64,000 nt of DNA from Paraphysomonas bandaiensis. Taxonomy: Eukaryota; Protista; Chrysophyceae. Under the pieces are notes generated by a model. That model saw only the letters and a list, made by a program, of their open reading frames with translations, did no database searches and was not told the DNA's origin. The first letter of the stretch is position 1. Every line of letters begins with the position of its first letter. The position numbers were made by a program, and so were the translations under genes. Positions 14,566 through 28,833 of this stretch are shown in pieces. The stretch is taken from positions 143,858-207,857 of the forward strand of contig CBFFRP010000295.1 in the NCBI GenBank assembly GCA_965644295.1. The letters run 5' to 3'.

Positions 14566-15670
14566 GTTATTAGCAATAGGCGTGTAAGAGTAAGAACTAA
14601 ATTAGCAAAACAATTTAACTAACTAGTGCTAAACTCTGATATCCTACTATTTGGAGCTATGAAAGTTGCTTGTGCGTCACAGCTACAAGCACCAAGGTGT
14701 CTTAGGTAAACAGCCCTGATGCTTGACTTCAGTGGGCATATATATGTATTGAAAGTCTTATTATTAGCAATAGGCGTTAAGAATCAGCACCAGTTTAGTA
14801 GGTAGAAGAAAACTAGTCAAGCTAGGTAGACGTTTACCTGTAACTAGCTAGTGCAAACTCTATTATCCTACTACTTAACGCTACGGAGACTACTTGTGCG
14901 TCGCAACTACCTCCGCTCTATCGCTCAAAGCAAACACCGCGAGCAAGCAGAATGTGGATATACCTGACATCTGCTAACTTCAGGTGAAAATCCCGAATGC
15001 TTGACTTCAGGAGGCAGCCCAATACCCCGGTTACCCTTCAGGTGAGCCCTGTCCCGGATGCCTGTTTATTCGTCAAGGCCCAAAGACGTCTACACAAGTG
15101 ACACTTATTGGTGTCCCTTGTACCACTCATTCGGCTATGATTGGGCAGCAGAATAATATCTGCTGCCTATATACTATATATGCGGCTCACGTTAGCTTCT
15201 CGGAGAAATATCTTTGGTACTTCTCCCGAGAACATACATCACGAAAAGGTGCGAGTTCGACTTTGTTGAGGGCTTTAGTAGGCAGCCCAACAATACCCCG
15301 GATGCCCTTGAGGTGGCCCATTCCCGGAAGCCTGTTTATTCGTCAAGGCCCAAAAAGACGTCTACTACACAAGCATTTGGCTATATATACGGCTTACGTT
15401 CGTTTCCCGGAGAAAGATATATATAAAAGTTTTCGTTTTAGCAATAGTAGGCGTCGAGAATCAGAATCAGATTAGTAGCTAGATGAAAACTAGTCAAGCT
15501 AGAAATAGACTTCTACTTCTTCTTGTAACTATTTAGTACAAATTCTCATATCCTACTATATAACGCAGCGAAAGCTGCTTGTGCGTCGCCGCAAGCACCA
15601 AGTTTCCCGAGAAATGTCTCCGGCACTTATCCCCCAGAATATCACGAAAAGATGTGAGTTCGACATAGTG
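14566..15670 (-). repeat. Cluster of three or more nested or partial copies of the SINE-like family
   Basis: The end motif TTAGCAATAG(TA)GGCG recurs at about 14570, 14763 and 15438. Internal GGCAGCCCAA..CCCCGG and CACGAAAAGGTGCGAGTTCGAC blocks are repeated. Confidence 0.8.
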
Positions 15671-16319
15671 AAGAGATATTAGATATATGTTACCATTCAC
15701 TTATATAATAGCTTATATAGTTTTAAGTCAGTAACTGGATTTACTTTCTTTGTAACTATATTTACTCGTTACATCTGTGAGTTGATTTTTTCACCTTTTG
15801 TACACTATTATCTCACTTCAATTACACAATCTATGTATGCATCCGTCGCTTCATACTGCAGAGCTCAATACAGTATTATTTTGAATGTGTTTCTTGCAAG
15901 TATTAAGTACCTACAGGCTCTACTTCTAATTATATAAATTTTGTTCTGTTTGTTATGCATTTGTGAATAACATATCTACATAACTACGTAACATGCGTCA
16001 TCTAAAAATGATCGCTATCGTATACGATATATCGGTAGATCTAGTGCCTACCGCCGGAATTCAATGTTGCGTCATTATTTATACTTTTAAGAGCTAATTC
16101 ATATTAGATCCCATCAATATTCAATGTATTACTATATCATTTTCATTTAAATTAGCATGCCGTTCTCTCTAATACTCCTTTAGATGGATAATATCAATAA
16201 CTATACATCCTCCTATGTTGTACTCCTAGTACAAGAAAGCAAAATAAATTGTTCAAATCAATGCCTTTTCTACATCCAAATAAACCATTTCATCGCTAAT
16301 ACACCAGTAAATAACTTGT

Positions 16320-18258
16320 TTAATGCAAAGATACACCAGAACTCCGTTTGTTTGGCGCCATAGAGTTGTAATCCTGATGAGTAATGTTGGTATATATCGG
16401 CGAATTTTCTTCCGTATCTCTTGCCGAAGTACTAACAGTAGAATATCCCTTACTAGATTTCTGGTCATGCGAATATCTTTGTACAGGTGCGTCGATCACG
16501 CATATATAATGTGCATATATGTAACATGCGATCATGACCAGTGTAATGCTAATAATAGCCGTTGTGAAGGCCTGTGGACCGTACGTCTCCATGGCATTGC
16601 CCACAATCATTGGGATGAAAGATTCGCCTATTGTACCCGAAATAATAAAAACTGTGGTGCAAGAAGTGTCCCTGTGATAGAAAATATTAGTCCGAGTTGT
16701 TCTCTGACAGTCTGTCAATTACGAGGAAATACAATTACTACTTAATCATGCGCCGTTTACGGATGAAACACAGTACTTACATGGTATACCCATAATCAAA
16801 AGCTAGCCCCATCACAAGGGGAAATATACAGCTATTTCCATATCCAATCATACCAGTAGCAATACTCAACGGGTGGTACTCGTCCTTGTCAACATATGCA
16901 AGAACAAGTACCCCTAAACCAACACATACAAGCTGAAATCGTAACATCGTGGACGTAGAGAGAAATATGGTGGCTGGAACACTAAGGGCACTTCCAAGGG
17001 TCATATACTGATAGTATACAGACGTTAAGTAAGCTGCGTCCGATTGTGAGGTGGTGACACCATCTAATAACGCATAGCTTGTAATCCAGCCACTGTATGC
17101 ATGAAAGAGCCCGTAATGCAACAACACAAATACACTCATGCTTACACGGAATAGCCACGGAACAATTTCAATATTTGAAACAGCTATTAATTCTATCTTG
17201 TCCTGCATGGAAGGAGTTGCAAATGTCAATGTCCGTCCGCGTCCTTCTGGGGCCACAGAGTCGGACGTATTGGATGACACAGTATCTCCAGTGGTCGCAG
17301 TTAGCGAGGTGTCAAGTGCAATGTCCAGTAGCTCCACCACTTCATCGTTGGTAAGAGTTCCAGACCGTTGACGATGTAATACATTTGTCAAAGACTGGTC
17401 CATTGCTTTAATATCATCAGCAACATACGGATCTTCGTCTAATAGAGAGTGGTGTGTAAGCGAGCAGATATCCTCAGCCTCTTCGCGTACCTCCAGTATA
17501 TGTGTTAATTCATGTGTACATGGAGAGTCAGAATGGTCACATTCCCCTTCATGAAGGAATTTATGAGATCGGTAACTAAGGAGATTGTCTAACCCAAGTC
17601 CAATCAAGGAGCAAAAACAGAGCAGCCCAGCAAGTAGAAATGCAACTTTGTAGCCATACGTACTGACCAGAAATGGCCCAATTACACCACCGATCCCAAT
17701 AGCAGTTGGCTTAATTTGCATCCAAGGCTAAAAAGACAGTAAATTAAAATCACGGTTAGAGTAGCAGCACAGCAATATCTATGTATACATATAGCAGATG
17801 CACTGTTTGGAGAGGCATTCATAACTTACCTGGACACGCTGACTCCAGTTCTCCAGCAAAGATAGTGTGGCATACGTATGCACACCTCCAAACCCACATC
17901 CTTGTCCAAACGCAAGCAACATAATGAACCCGAAATCAGTAGTGGTGGATACGAGCATAGTGGAGACCCCAGACACAAGTATAGATATACACACTAGCAC
18001 ATGTTTCGGTATGGCACTGTGGACATACGTAAGATAGGCTGCAGAAGCCAGTGTCCCTGCCATATATCCGGCTCCTCGACAGGAGAAAATACCCCCAAAA
18101 TCCGTCGAAGAAACATGAGTAACAGCAGCGAGTTGAGGGATAGCTGCACCGACAATACCTGTACACGCTCCTCGGCCTATACAAGCTCCGTACACCACTA
18201 GACTCGCACATATGCGAGGGATGTCCTCTCGGGTTAAGGAGAATCCAGGGGATGGCAT
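16320..18258 (-). CDS. MFS transporter (MFSD4/FucP-like), 3 exons
   Basis: ORFs 17779-18258, 16777-17721 and 16320-16718 join at GT-AG sites. About 12 hydrophobic helices, motifs GIGGVIGPFLV and GTIGESFIPMIVG, and a long central loop. Confidence 0.85.
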
Positions 18259-18898
18259 GTTAGCTTATGGGAGATAGTGAATTAAATGCTAGAGTTTCAT
18301 ATGCATGTTATGGAACAACACCGCCTACAGTACGGTATACCTGGTATATGTACTGCTCTACTACGCATCAGATACTGCTGAGGTGTACGGAGTGGCACGT
18401 GTATCTCTTGTACGAAGAAGTAGAGTAGTGTACATTGTTATCAGAAAAGAGACACTCGTTTTTTTGTCCTTCACATATTAAAATCCAGAGTTTTGATTTG
18501 AGATTATCTTCGGTTTTGTGAATACTTGATAAATATGACAAACTTAACTTGCTTGTCACTCATGGACGGAGTACCAACTAGTATACCAATAACTTGTACG
18601 TCTATGAAAATATATGCTTATGATTGGTGGATCCATGACTGGTGTATGGAGGGAGATATCATGTACTGCATACTGTGCTGTATATGTCCAGGTGACTTGT
18701 GGATTGTGGATAGATATGTGTATATGTGTATGTATATACTGGCTGTATGTGTAGGGTGTCACTGCCTGTGTATCTGACACGTGAGAATGTAGAATAAATA
18801 GCATGCACACAACACATTGGCATGATTCAATCAATATGATAATGTTCAAGGAGTACACTCACATCTCTCTCTGTCCATAAGATCGAATTTGAATTGAA

Positions 18899-21800
18899 AT
18901 GAACGAAAATATTACTGTTACAGTGACTAATTTAGAGTACAGTCCAAGCGTGTACATACCCACTCTATCTGACTTTATTCAGTCATTCAAAGTCTCTGTA
19001 AGTGTAAATTAGAAGAAACTCATGATAGTGTGTAACGAGTAGATGTATTTTAGGAGCAAAATGTATCTAAAGAGCTGCATAACGTATCCTTTACGGCACT
19101 ACCCTCCCAATTAACGCTTATCATGTCTTCTAGTGTGATAGAGAGAAGGTATATGTGTAACTTTCTGCGTTAACCGTTCTTTACGATTTTGAATAGTTCT
19201 TTGATGGAGCTACTGGCATGTAGACGGAGATTTGGTGTATGTGGAGGAGAAATCACATTCTCCGGAAGCAAAATTGTCAGCGATCAATATGCCAGAGCCT
19301 CATTCTTCTCTAATGTATGTTCGTTATTCAGTATTATATACCAAATTTGTGATATGTGCACTTTAATTCTAAAGAGTAGTACTGTATATCTATTCATCAG
19401 TGCATTGTATATCTATATAGAAAAGTTCTTTTGCTAACGGCTATATATGAAGGCTTCCCCACACCTCTATACCTGTGGCCTCACGTACGCCGAAACACTC
19501 GAGTATGCCTCCCGTCTTCGTAACCTTGATTCATCCAGTAAAACCCCATACACCACCCAAGTGGCCTTTCTTTTGTCTATCATGAACCTTGAAGATTACT
19601 CAGATACCATTATTAGTGAGCGACCTTCAATGAGGGGACCATTAGGTGGGGCATTGAGGCGACTGATGATTGCTGTGTCGATCGCACACTTGGCCCCGGT
19701 GATGTTATTGGAAGATCCAATCAGTGATATAGATACATGTGAAGGAGAAATCATTATGGGATGCTTGAGAAAACTCGCTCATCGGGGTCACACAGTCGTT
19801 TGTACAGCACATAAACCCACCACCAAGACGATTAACCAAGCCCATAATTTAGTAGTGTTGGCATCAGGGTATACAATATATGCTGCTCCAGTCGATCGTA
19901 TAGTGCCGTATTTCACCAGCATTCACTATCAGATGAAAAATGATCGCGAGACCAACTGTGTTGTTGACTTCATATATGATATAGCATCGGGCGCAGAGAG
20001 ACAAGTCAACGCCCGCGAATCAACTCCTGTCGAAGAATTGCAAGTCCTTTTTGAATCATCTAATTACCACGATAAATTGGCACCGCTTGACGGTAAATAT
20101 GTCTTTTATATTCTACCGAAGCGCAAATCGGGTTGTTTTACCAAGCCAGATAGTGTTTTTACAACAAGAAAATATTTACAAACTTTATGGACTGTCACTT
20201 GCAGAGCTATATACGTAAAGATTTGTGAAAAAGAAGTCTTGATTCGTTCATTGCAGTCGTCGCTTTTATTGGGGCTAATTTTAGGGTATTTTTGTTGGGG
20301 AAAAGGACAAGACTTCGATTATTGTATGAACATGATGGACGCTGCATATCTACAAGTGATGACGATAACATCCCATTTGTGGGTTGTTCCCTCCGCCGTA
20401 TTTAGCATGCAAGTTATTAATATTCACTTAATATGCCAGAAAATACTGTTGTACCGGGATGAGCATGCCGTTAATTGCTGTCCGACGAGTATATTTTGGT
20501 TAGCTACGCTTTTATCAGAAATTCCGTTTTCGATTGCTTTTACGTTGATTATAAGCAACCTGTTTTACTTTATGGCGAAGCTGAACACTGGAATATATGA
20601 ATATCTTTATTTTGTGGCTACTATGTCTTTGACTTCAGCTATAGGTATTACGTCTGCAATACTTTTCGCTTCTGTTATACAAAGAGAGTTCATTGTTCGA
20701 GATTTTTTCATGTATTGTACCTTCATGATGACTCTCATGTCGGGTTATTTATTTAAATACGACTTGATGACAGAGAGTAGCGTGTACTTCACAAAGATCA
20801 ATCCTCTAAGGTGGACGTTCGAAGCGCTAATGTATTGGAAATATAAAACATACCCGGATGGTCTTGCTTATTTGGAACGATATTCCATAGAGAATTTCGA
20901 CCCGTATATGGTATATGTTATATTGGGAAATTTTTTGATATTTTCCACGTCCTGTATACTTGTTAGCTTGTGGTGGCGATGGCCGAACACATTACGGAGA
21001 AAAGTCTCTCCAGAAAGTGGTAGAACTAGCTCGCTACTATCCGACACCCGTTCGTCGTCGGGTGACGAATATATCACCCGTTTCCTGAGCTCCACCACCA
21101 TGCCCCCTACCATATTCCGGCGAGTCACATCTGTGTCCAGTTCCCATTCGTATGGACTCCTGACCTCTGTAGGAGTCGCGAATGTTGAGGAGAAAGCAAG
21201 TTTGAGAGCTGGTCCTACTGTTGTATTTCAGGATATATGTTGTGTTATCAAAGGGCGCAAAGATTCAGGAGAAAATATATTACACGCCATGTCTGGAAAG
21301 TGTGATTGGGGTCGTCTGACTGTTATTATGGGCGCAGAAAAATCGGGAAAGTCGTCGCTACTGCATATATTGGCTGGAGAGATGGTGTCGACTTCGAATT
21401 ATAGTGTATATGGAGATATTTTATATGACAATAAACCTATCGATCGACGTATATCAACATTCAAAAGATGCGGTTTTGTGGAATCTGAAGATATTCATTT
21501 TCGCGACTTAACTGTGGTGGAAATTATAACATATGCCCTCAGACTTAGGACTGTAGATTCCACGTACTGCTACAGTACGATTGACGTGAACAATGTAGTG
21601 TCGCATGTCATTGACTTGCTACAGCTTCACGAGTAGGTTTCGTGTATATGTTCCAGTATTAGCTGTATAATGCTGTAGAGTATGGTATATAATTTTTTTT
21701 GTCATATTATTGAGGCTTTGATATAAACCAATACTAATGCTGGTAAAATGCAGATTTAGAGATGTTAAGTCGAAACTCTTATCTATTGGGTGCGCTCGTC

Positions 21801-23861
21801 GCCTGTCGATGGCCGAAGAATTAGTCCATGAACCGTCGCTGTTCTTTTGTGATGAACCTATATCAGGTGTGTATATATATTCGTATTGATATTTGTACAA
21901 CAGTATATAAACTTGTAAGCCCAGGACTCAGCTTGAAAGCATCTACTATTATTGTGAGCAGCTTGCGCGAGTTAGTGAATCAAAACAAAACTGTAATTGT
22001 GACAGCCCATGAAGTAATCCGCCTTGTTTATAGCATGTGGTAATAGATAGTTTTATATTTGATCAATGCGTATGATGATATAACATGCATGAACAGTGTA
22101 TATATTGATCTATAATAGTAGGTACTACGTTTTGTGTGTTGTAGTAGTTTACAGCTTCTCTGAATGTACTAATTATTTCTTCTACAGCCTCCGGACAGTT
22201 TTCTGGATGTCGTTGACACTCTAATACTCTTGTCGAAAGGCTATATGATATATAACGGTCCGGCTAGTGAGGCGACTGAGTTTTTTACGCAGTCTCCAGA
22301 ACTTAATCTGAGTAAACATGGCGGGTGTTATAAGAGTAGGATAGATTTCTTAGCCGATATTTCTGCTTGTTGTGTTACAACGACCAAGGTAATGGCTGGT
22401 GATACGAAGTAATGAGCTATGAGACATACGGTGCTATGTACGATGTGACACATATGTGAAGTATTGCGAGTAATTACGATCTTGTTTATACGATATACTT
22501 CTGTATTGATTTCGCTTTTAGACGTATTATTTATTATTTCATCTTATAGGCGTACTGATTAATATTCTCTTTCAGGACACAAAACTGGACGCGAAATCGC
22601 TATGTACCTACTATCATGATCACCATCGATCCACCAGTTGTGGTAAGAGTGGTGAGGACATGACCGGAAAACCTATCACAGGATTGCCACTTATCGATAT
22701 CATACGCAGTGATATATGTGCATTCCGCTTATCGCATCAGTTTAGGCGAGCTCAGATATTGCTCAGTCGTGCTTGGTTTACCCTATTCCGACGCGAAAAA
22801 ATGGTAGTCGGGACGTGTTTAAGCATAGTTTACCTGGGCTCTGTTTTTGGATACATGTTAGGTGAAGCCACGAATGAAGGAATAGAAGTCGCTAGTGTAT
22901 TTGGCATGGGAAACATGTGCACCTTATTGAGTAATATTCAATTTGTATATTTTCTTTTCAACAACAATCAGGTGTGCACACTTATCGAATAGTGAAGATC
23001 TTCCCGTGTTTATTATGTTGAAAGTTTCCTGTGTGTTTGTCTTTTCATATTGGATAAGTCGTTTATTACACTAGGTGTTTTTGAGAGAACATTCTAAGGG
23101 GCTTTATTCGTGTGGGTTGCATTGGGTAGTAAATGATATCCCTCTGTTATTTCTTCGTTCTATCCAAGCCATTGCGTATGCGGTTATCATTCACGAGATT
23201 TTAGTACTACGAGGGGGAGGTGAGTGCACTGGTTAAATATGTACAGATGTATTTTCACCTTATGCGAATCTTTATGTCAACGTATTATAGTGGATATGTA
23301 GATTTAGCTTGATGATGTGGTGGTTTTGTTTGTATCCTCGATATCGTATCCTCAACATTTTATGTGCCGACAGATGCGGAGTATTTCTTTTATCTTGTGA
23401 ACTGGATCATGTTTGTTGTGGGAACTCAGCTGATAGAAACAGTTGTGTACATCCTACCGGACGTACGCACAGCATATCGAATTGTCCCTGCGTTAGCATT
23501 TTTTTTATTTTATTTCTCGGGGATCATAGTAAAACCTGACATGCTGCCTCGGTGGTTGGCTCCATGGCTTCCAAGCGTTTCAGTTATCCGGTGGCTAACG
23601 CAGGCACTCTTAATTAATGAGTATCAGTACAATCGGGAAGCTTTTCCAGAGTTTGGTCCATACCATTGGTCGTCATATGACTTCTCTATGAGCGTTTTTG
23701 GATGGGGTGGCAAGACGAAGTGGTATTGTTTGCGCGTTCTCGTCCTAAACATTATTATTTACAGAGTTGTATACCTCATTGTCTCATTGTACCATGTTGT
23801 TCAGCAGAAGGGACTTCGAAGTAAAGTGATCAAGAAAATTGATGAAGAAAGAATATTCTAA
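18899..23861 (+). CDS. Full-size ABCG (NBD-TMD-NBD-TMD, PDR-like) transporter with degenerate nucleotide-binding motifs
   Basis: NBD1: VMLLEDP, HTVVCTAHKP. TMD1 ends INPLRWTFEALM. NBD2: GAEKSGKSS, LSIG, LFFCDEP, TAHE. TMD2 contains SVIRWLTQALLINEY. Multiple GT-AG introns; start ATG inferred at 18899. Confidence 0.88.
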
Positions 23862-24749
23862 ACTGAAAAAATAGTAGTAATGTGGTACCGTGTATTTACC
23901 ACTACGAATGTGATAATATGTCATCGTTGATATACGGCAGGCATACTTAATATTCGATGTTATCTTCTTATATGTGTAGCAATACAGGTCCTGGTATTAA
24001 TATTGGGCCTTCCATAGGCTATATAGACTCCGAAGAAATAATGGTAGTAATGGGTATTATCTTACTACGCAAAGCCATAAGCAGCAACATATCAATGGAG
24101 AGCATCACATCATGAAATTATGACTCTCGAACATGGTATTTAAACTTTTGATCTCCGTAAGAATATTTTTTTATTAGATCTCCGTACTAAGTACATTAGA
24201 GAAAGTTATGGAAATAAGAAATACATGAAACAGGAAGTACATGTGCATACAAGTTAATAACTTGAAGTTATTATATTTAGCATAGACAAAGGGCTACCGC
24301 ATTATGTATACTGTTCAGATATTATTGCATTGCACTCAACTATCTATCCCATATATTTCTTCATATGAAGATACAAGATATAAATGAAGTTGAAATATTA
24401 TATTTATATAAAGTAGATATAGCAGCTTCTCAAGTGAGAAGACATGAAACGACTATGGATGCTTGAGCATTGAGCATCGCCCTCATGACTAAAATTGCTG
24501 ATCTTGTCATTCCTGTCCATGTGCACAGGTGATGTAGGGTAGGAAATAGCCTTCTTACAGCACTCAGCACTTAATTTTATTCTTCAACTCCTACAATCCT
24601 AAACTCTCCGCTCTCGTTTCATCTCATACCACAACTTACACTACTTCTTCCTTATTCTTGTGCTATAATAACATCCTAAATCACTCATACTTGTCATATA
24701 CCCAATTTTGCTGTACATAGCATATAATAATCATACTTTCCCATCAAAG

Positions 24750-25955
24750 CTACTGTAGAGAGGAATGCATGTTCCACCATTCTTCATTTTCAAAATCACT
24801 TGAGTTCGAATTCAAATATTTTTCTATGTCATCATCGATATCTTCGTTCAGATGTAGACTGTAATCGCCGGATTTGGTGAAATCATCCGAATCCGATATC
24901 AGACTTCTTGCTGGTGCACTCGCCAAAGTTTCAGTTTCAGTTTTGTTTTTGTCTTCGCTAGGTGAATAAGAACCATCTTTACTGTATTTAGTAAAAGGTT
25001 TCGAAGGCGACAGTCCATTGCCAATCTTCATGTCATCGATATCTTCGATCTGAAATATATTCCAATCGACGAATTTGGTGAAATCACCCCGATTCCACAT
25101 CTGATATGTTGCTGGGCCAGTCGTCAAAGTATCAGTTTTAGTTTGATTTTTGATTTCGTTAGATGAATAAGAATCATCTTGAATGTATTTAGTAAAGTAA
25201 AAAGAATTTAAAGGCGACTGTCCATTGCCAACCTTATTTTCGATATTTTCTGTTGTTTTAAAACGTTTATATGTTCTGTTAGATTTATAATTTTCACCGT
25301 GAGCCTCTTCTTTATTTGGGCGTTTTTCATGTGGTTTGAACTTCACAGTTATGGGATTTAATTCTGTATATCCGACACCAGAGCATTGAGTCGGACACAA
25401 AATACGGAACACAAATGGGTCACCCTTTCCTGTTAGTGTTTCAGGTCTAAACTCCATTCTACACTTTCCGTTCACAAATATTCGATGTTTGCTTTGTGTC
25501 AATATATTCATAGAGATAATACTTGTGCACTGAACATCACACGGCCACTCCCCTTCCACGTAATCTCCATTCCTATCTTTGATACTAACATCCACCTTGA
25601 TGGAGTTCTTCCTAGCTTTCGTATGAAACGTTTCTGAGATTTCTTTAGCATTTTCAACATGTAGTTTTGCCCATACGACGCGATATGTTTGCAATGATTG
25701 ACAACACAAGCCGCCATCGGTGGTCATTGCACGAATACGAAAGCTCTTGCCAATAGTTATTACTTTAATGGAAAAGTCGACATATCCGTCACGAGATATG
25801 GTTAAATTTGGCGTCTTTTCCATCTCCTGTATGTATAAGTTATATGAGAGACGAGAGAGGCTCGGTCCATACCAGTTCACAATGCGGATCAGATGCCTCC
25901 ACAACTGCCACTTTGATGGGCATATTATCATCTCTGATGCACGCATAACAATCAA
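24750..25955 (-). CDS. Intronless hypothetical protein (up to 401 aa) with a C-terminal duplicated ~60-aa unit
   Basis: Long stop-free ORF; the true start may be MRASE or MEKTP. Two copies of NG.SP...FTKY..D.SYS..E.KN.T.T.TL...PA......DFTK..D......EDIDD. Confidence 0.6.
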   Translation of the reverse strand: MIVMRASEMIICPSKWQLWRHLIRIVNWYGPSLSRLSYNLYIQEMEKTPNLTISRDGYVDFSIKVITIGKSFRIRAMTTDGGLCCQSLQTYRVVWAKLHVENAKEISETFHTKARKNSIKVDVSIKDRNGDYVEGEWPCDVQCTSIISMNILTQSKHRIFVNGKCRMEFRPETLTGKGDPFVFRILCPTQCSGVGYTELNPITVKFKPHEKRPNKEEAHGENYKSNRTYKRFKTTENIENKVGNGQSPLNSFYFTKYIQDDSYSSNEIKNQTKTDTLTTGPATYQMWNRGDFTKFVDWNIFQIEDIDDMKIGNGLSPSKPFTKYSKDGSYSPSEDKNKTETETLASAPARSLISDSDDFTKSGDYSLHLNEDIDDDIEKYLNSNSSDFENEEWWNMHSSLQ

Positions 25956-27432
25956 CAGTGTTGTGTTATAATGATCTACTACACCTGCATATTGGAGTTA
26001 AGCCTTTCTCCGTTCTGTTGACGCGACACACTCTGACTGAGATCGCCTGACCCGTGAACACCAACTCTTCCCCGTGTGACTCATTTTCAGGTGAACTGAT
26101 ATGCAATTCTTCTGGCATCGTGTATATTAATTAATATCAACTTTTCTCGGTACACAGTGATAATTATGCACACCATCGCTTTATAATAGCTGTTCTGGTA
26201 CTGATGATAATTACCCAGAACTGACCAATTCATGGAATTGTCGTGGAAAGGGTCATCCGTATCTTTAGAAGACACTAAAAATCTACATTTTAGTTTGCTA
26301 GTGGGAAAAAGTCGATCCAGCAGAATATGTCAATCCAGCAAAAAAATCGACCTTTTCTCGTTATTTCTCTGAAATATATTCGTCAAAAAACAACATGCAT
26401 CAAAAAAGCCTGGATTTTTTTGCTGGATCACAATTCCTTCTGCTTCATGGTGCTGTACCAATGGTGCAGGAACTGTGAGGCTGTTTCTCTCTAAACAACC
26501 AATTTTCATACTCTTTACTAAAAATTACCCATATTTTAAGTAAATAGTGCACTTTTTCAAAACCATAGTATGGGAATGAATTGTGGTGGAACTCTGGAAT
26601 GAGTTGGAAACAAGAACCCTCACATATAGACACCAATCTACACCAGGTAACAGTAATTGTGCTACATAATGGAGGAAGGCTAAGTCTTGTTGTTCAAGTG
26701 TAAGATGCTCACAAGCATACTAAACAAACATGAGGATATGAGAAAGAAAAGAAGCATTGATAAAGAATGACGATGGCGAAGCTATCAAATACACCGAGAG
26801 AAAAAGATATCTATGTTGTTATGAAGCTTCCCACTGACGCAACTGCGGCCTATAATGAAAAAACGAAAATACGTGGCAAAATTATTGCGGAAGGCGAAGT
26901 TGAGGCAACCAGCAGTGATCATAATATTGAAGTGAACATCAAAAATATATGGACCCGGGAGCTATAAAAAGTAATCACAAGCGTGCACACCGTTGGTAGC
27001 ACCAATATAACTATCCAAGTAGGATATGGCTTGTGCGCTTCCATTGAAAACTATAAAACGGATGTAGAAAATAAAAAGCACAAAGGCTTATTTTAATGCT
27101 GACGCAATGCCGTGACTTTGGATATACAGGGTTGTAATGTATAGAGCTTGTCTTGAATATGATTTTTTAGTGTTTGAAAACTATGTGGGCTAGAGAGATG
27201 AGTGCAATGCAAGTATCAAGAAAAATGATAGTATAGTTATCACTGGCAAAAAGGATATCGTCCCGCGCTCTCCTGAGATTTGAATTTTAGACAAGGGAAG
27301 ATACCTCTTTACCCTAGATTAAATTGTAGCTTACCCTCATGATGTTGAACACCTAATATCTAGATTGTATAGTTATTTGCAGCTTGCTTGCTGTAAGAAG
27401 AAACTGGTGTTCCTGATAACATTAAAGAAACT

Positions 27433-27870
27433 GCTGCTTGCTTCATATTGAAGCACAATCTAATGTTATTATTGTGAGGCTCTTTAGTCGTGCCAAGTTG
27501 ATTATGACACCTGAGCGCAGAAACATTAACCCATATATATCGTCTAGAATCGTTGCTATTCCTACGAGCCAATTACATGTTGTGGGATGTTTATACCCTC
27601 CATGAAGCCCTGCAAGAAGATCCTGATGTGTCAGTAGAGAGCTCAGCGAGAAGTAGTTAAAATTTGTAGTATGCTATTTAACTAAAAATTAGTAATTAAG
27701 GGAGCACAACACTATCTATCTATTATATGAGTGGTGCTATCTACTTTAAGTTAGTAGGTATTAATGGCCATTAATGACCATTATAATTGCTGGGACATTT
27801 TTCATTGATGCCATTATAATTCCGGGAAATGGACTACCATTAATGGGCCATTAATGGTTACCAGGCCCTG
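27433..27870 (+). mobile_element. 3' end of a hAT-like DNA transposon (dimerisation-domain relic plus terminal repeat)
   Basis: Nearly identical to 42661-43080. Encodes HIEAQSNVIIVRLFSRAKLIMTPERR (compare hAT PxTSNxxERLFSxAK) and ends ...ATTAATGGTTACCAGGCCCTG, a CAGGG-type terminus. Confidence 0.75.
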
Positions 27871-28833
27871 GTGCAATTGAAGTGATTTAATAATGTAATG
27901 GGTGATTATAGTTACAAGGAAGTAAATACAGATACTGTTGTGTGACTATATATATATAAGATATACGATATATAGGTTACTGGTGAACATATGATAAACA
28001 GGTGTTGCTAAGAACAGGTGTTCTCCTGATGTTATATGAATATAAATATGTTGTAAAGTGTTTAGATTTTAGATTAATAACTATAATTTCTTACTTGAAA
28101 GTGTATCGTGTTCAAAAGCGCAAGGTTCAGGTTTATGTGTAGAGCAAGGTTAACTTAAGTGAAATGTCCGAGTCGAACAATATAAATATGATATGAGGCA
28201 CACAATCCTGATAAACACGACGTGACCCAAACAAACCCTGAAAGAACTGGGGGCAACTGCTCCTAACTCCTAACCATCTATACAGCATCAGATATCGCAC
28301 TATAACTATCCTGTAATATTCTTGAAATTGTTTCGAAGTCCACGTTATGAAGATATATCACTCTCACTGACATCATTATGATATTCCACATCAGACACAG
28401 GATGTACGTACTGCAAATGCCAGTCAATCATATCGTAATTAAGTGAAAGGATAATTAGCAAACGGAATATTGAAGATGGTCTTGTTGAACCTTATTCAGG
28501 CCAACAAAGCTTTGTTGTGACAAAATGGGGATAACACCATTATGTCGCAAATACCACATATTTTCTTAGTATTCCTACAATAGTAGTTCTCCCTCCTTAT
28601 AGGTTGCACACCATATAGGGCTCAGGTCGTTTATTTTCAAAAAACAAGTGCGTGTATGGGCTAGATATAGATATATAAGTATAGTACAACCGTAACAATC
28701 TTAGTGGTGTTCATATACGTAACGGATAGCGAAAGGCCGCGTCGTATGATAGTAAATTAATTAGATATACTTTATGACTGCCCAAAACATAGGCATGTTA
28801 TACAAAGGAATTTTATATGACCTCACAAAATCC

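Noticed and set aside
26640-27200. Short ORF 26767-26967 as a gene or transposase remnant
   Set aside because: 66 aa with no recognisable motif and stops in the flanking frames.
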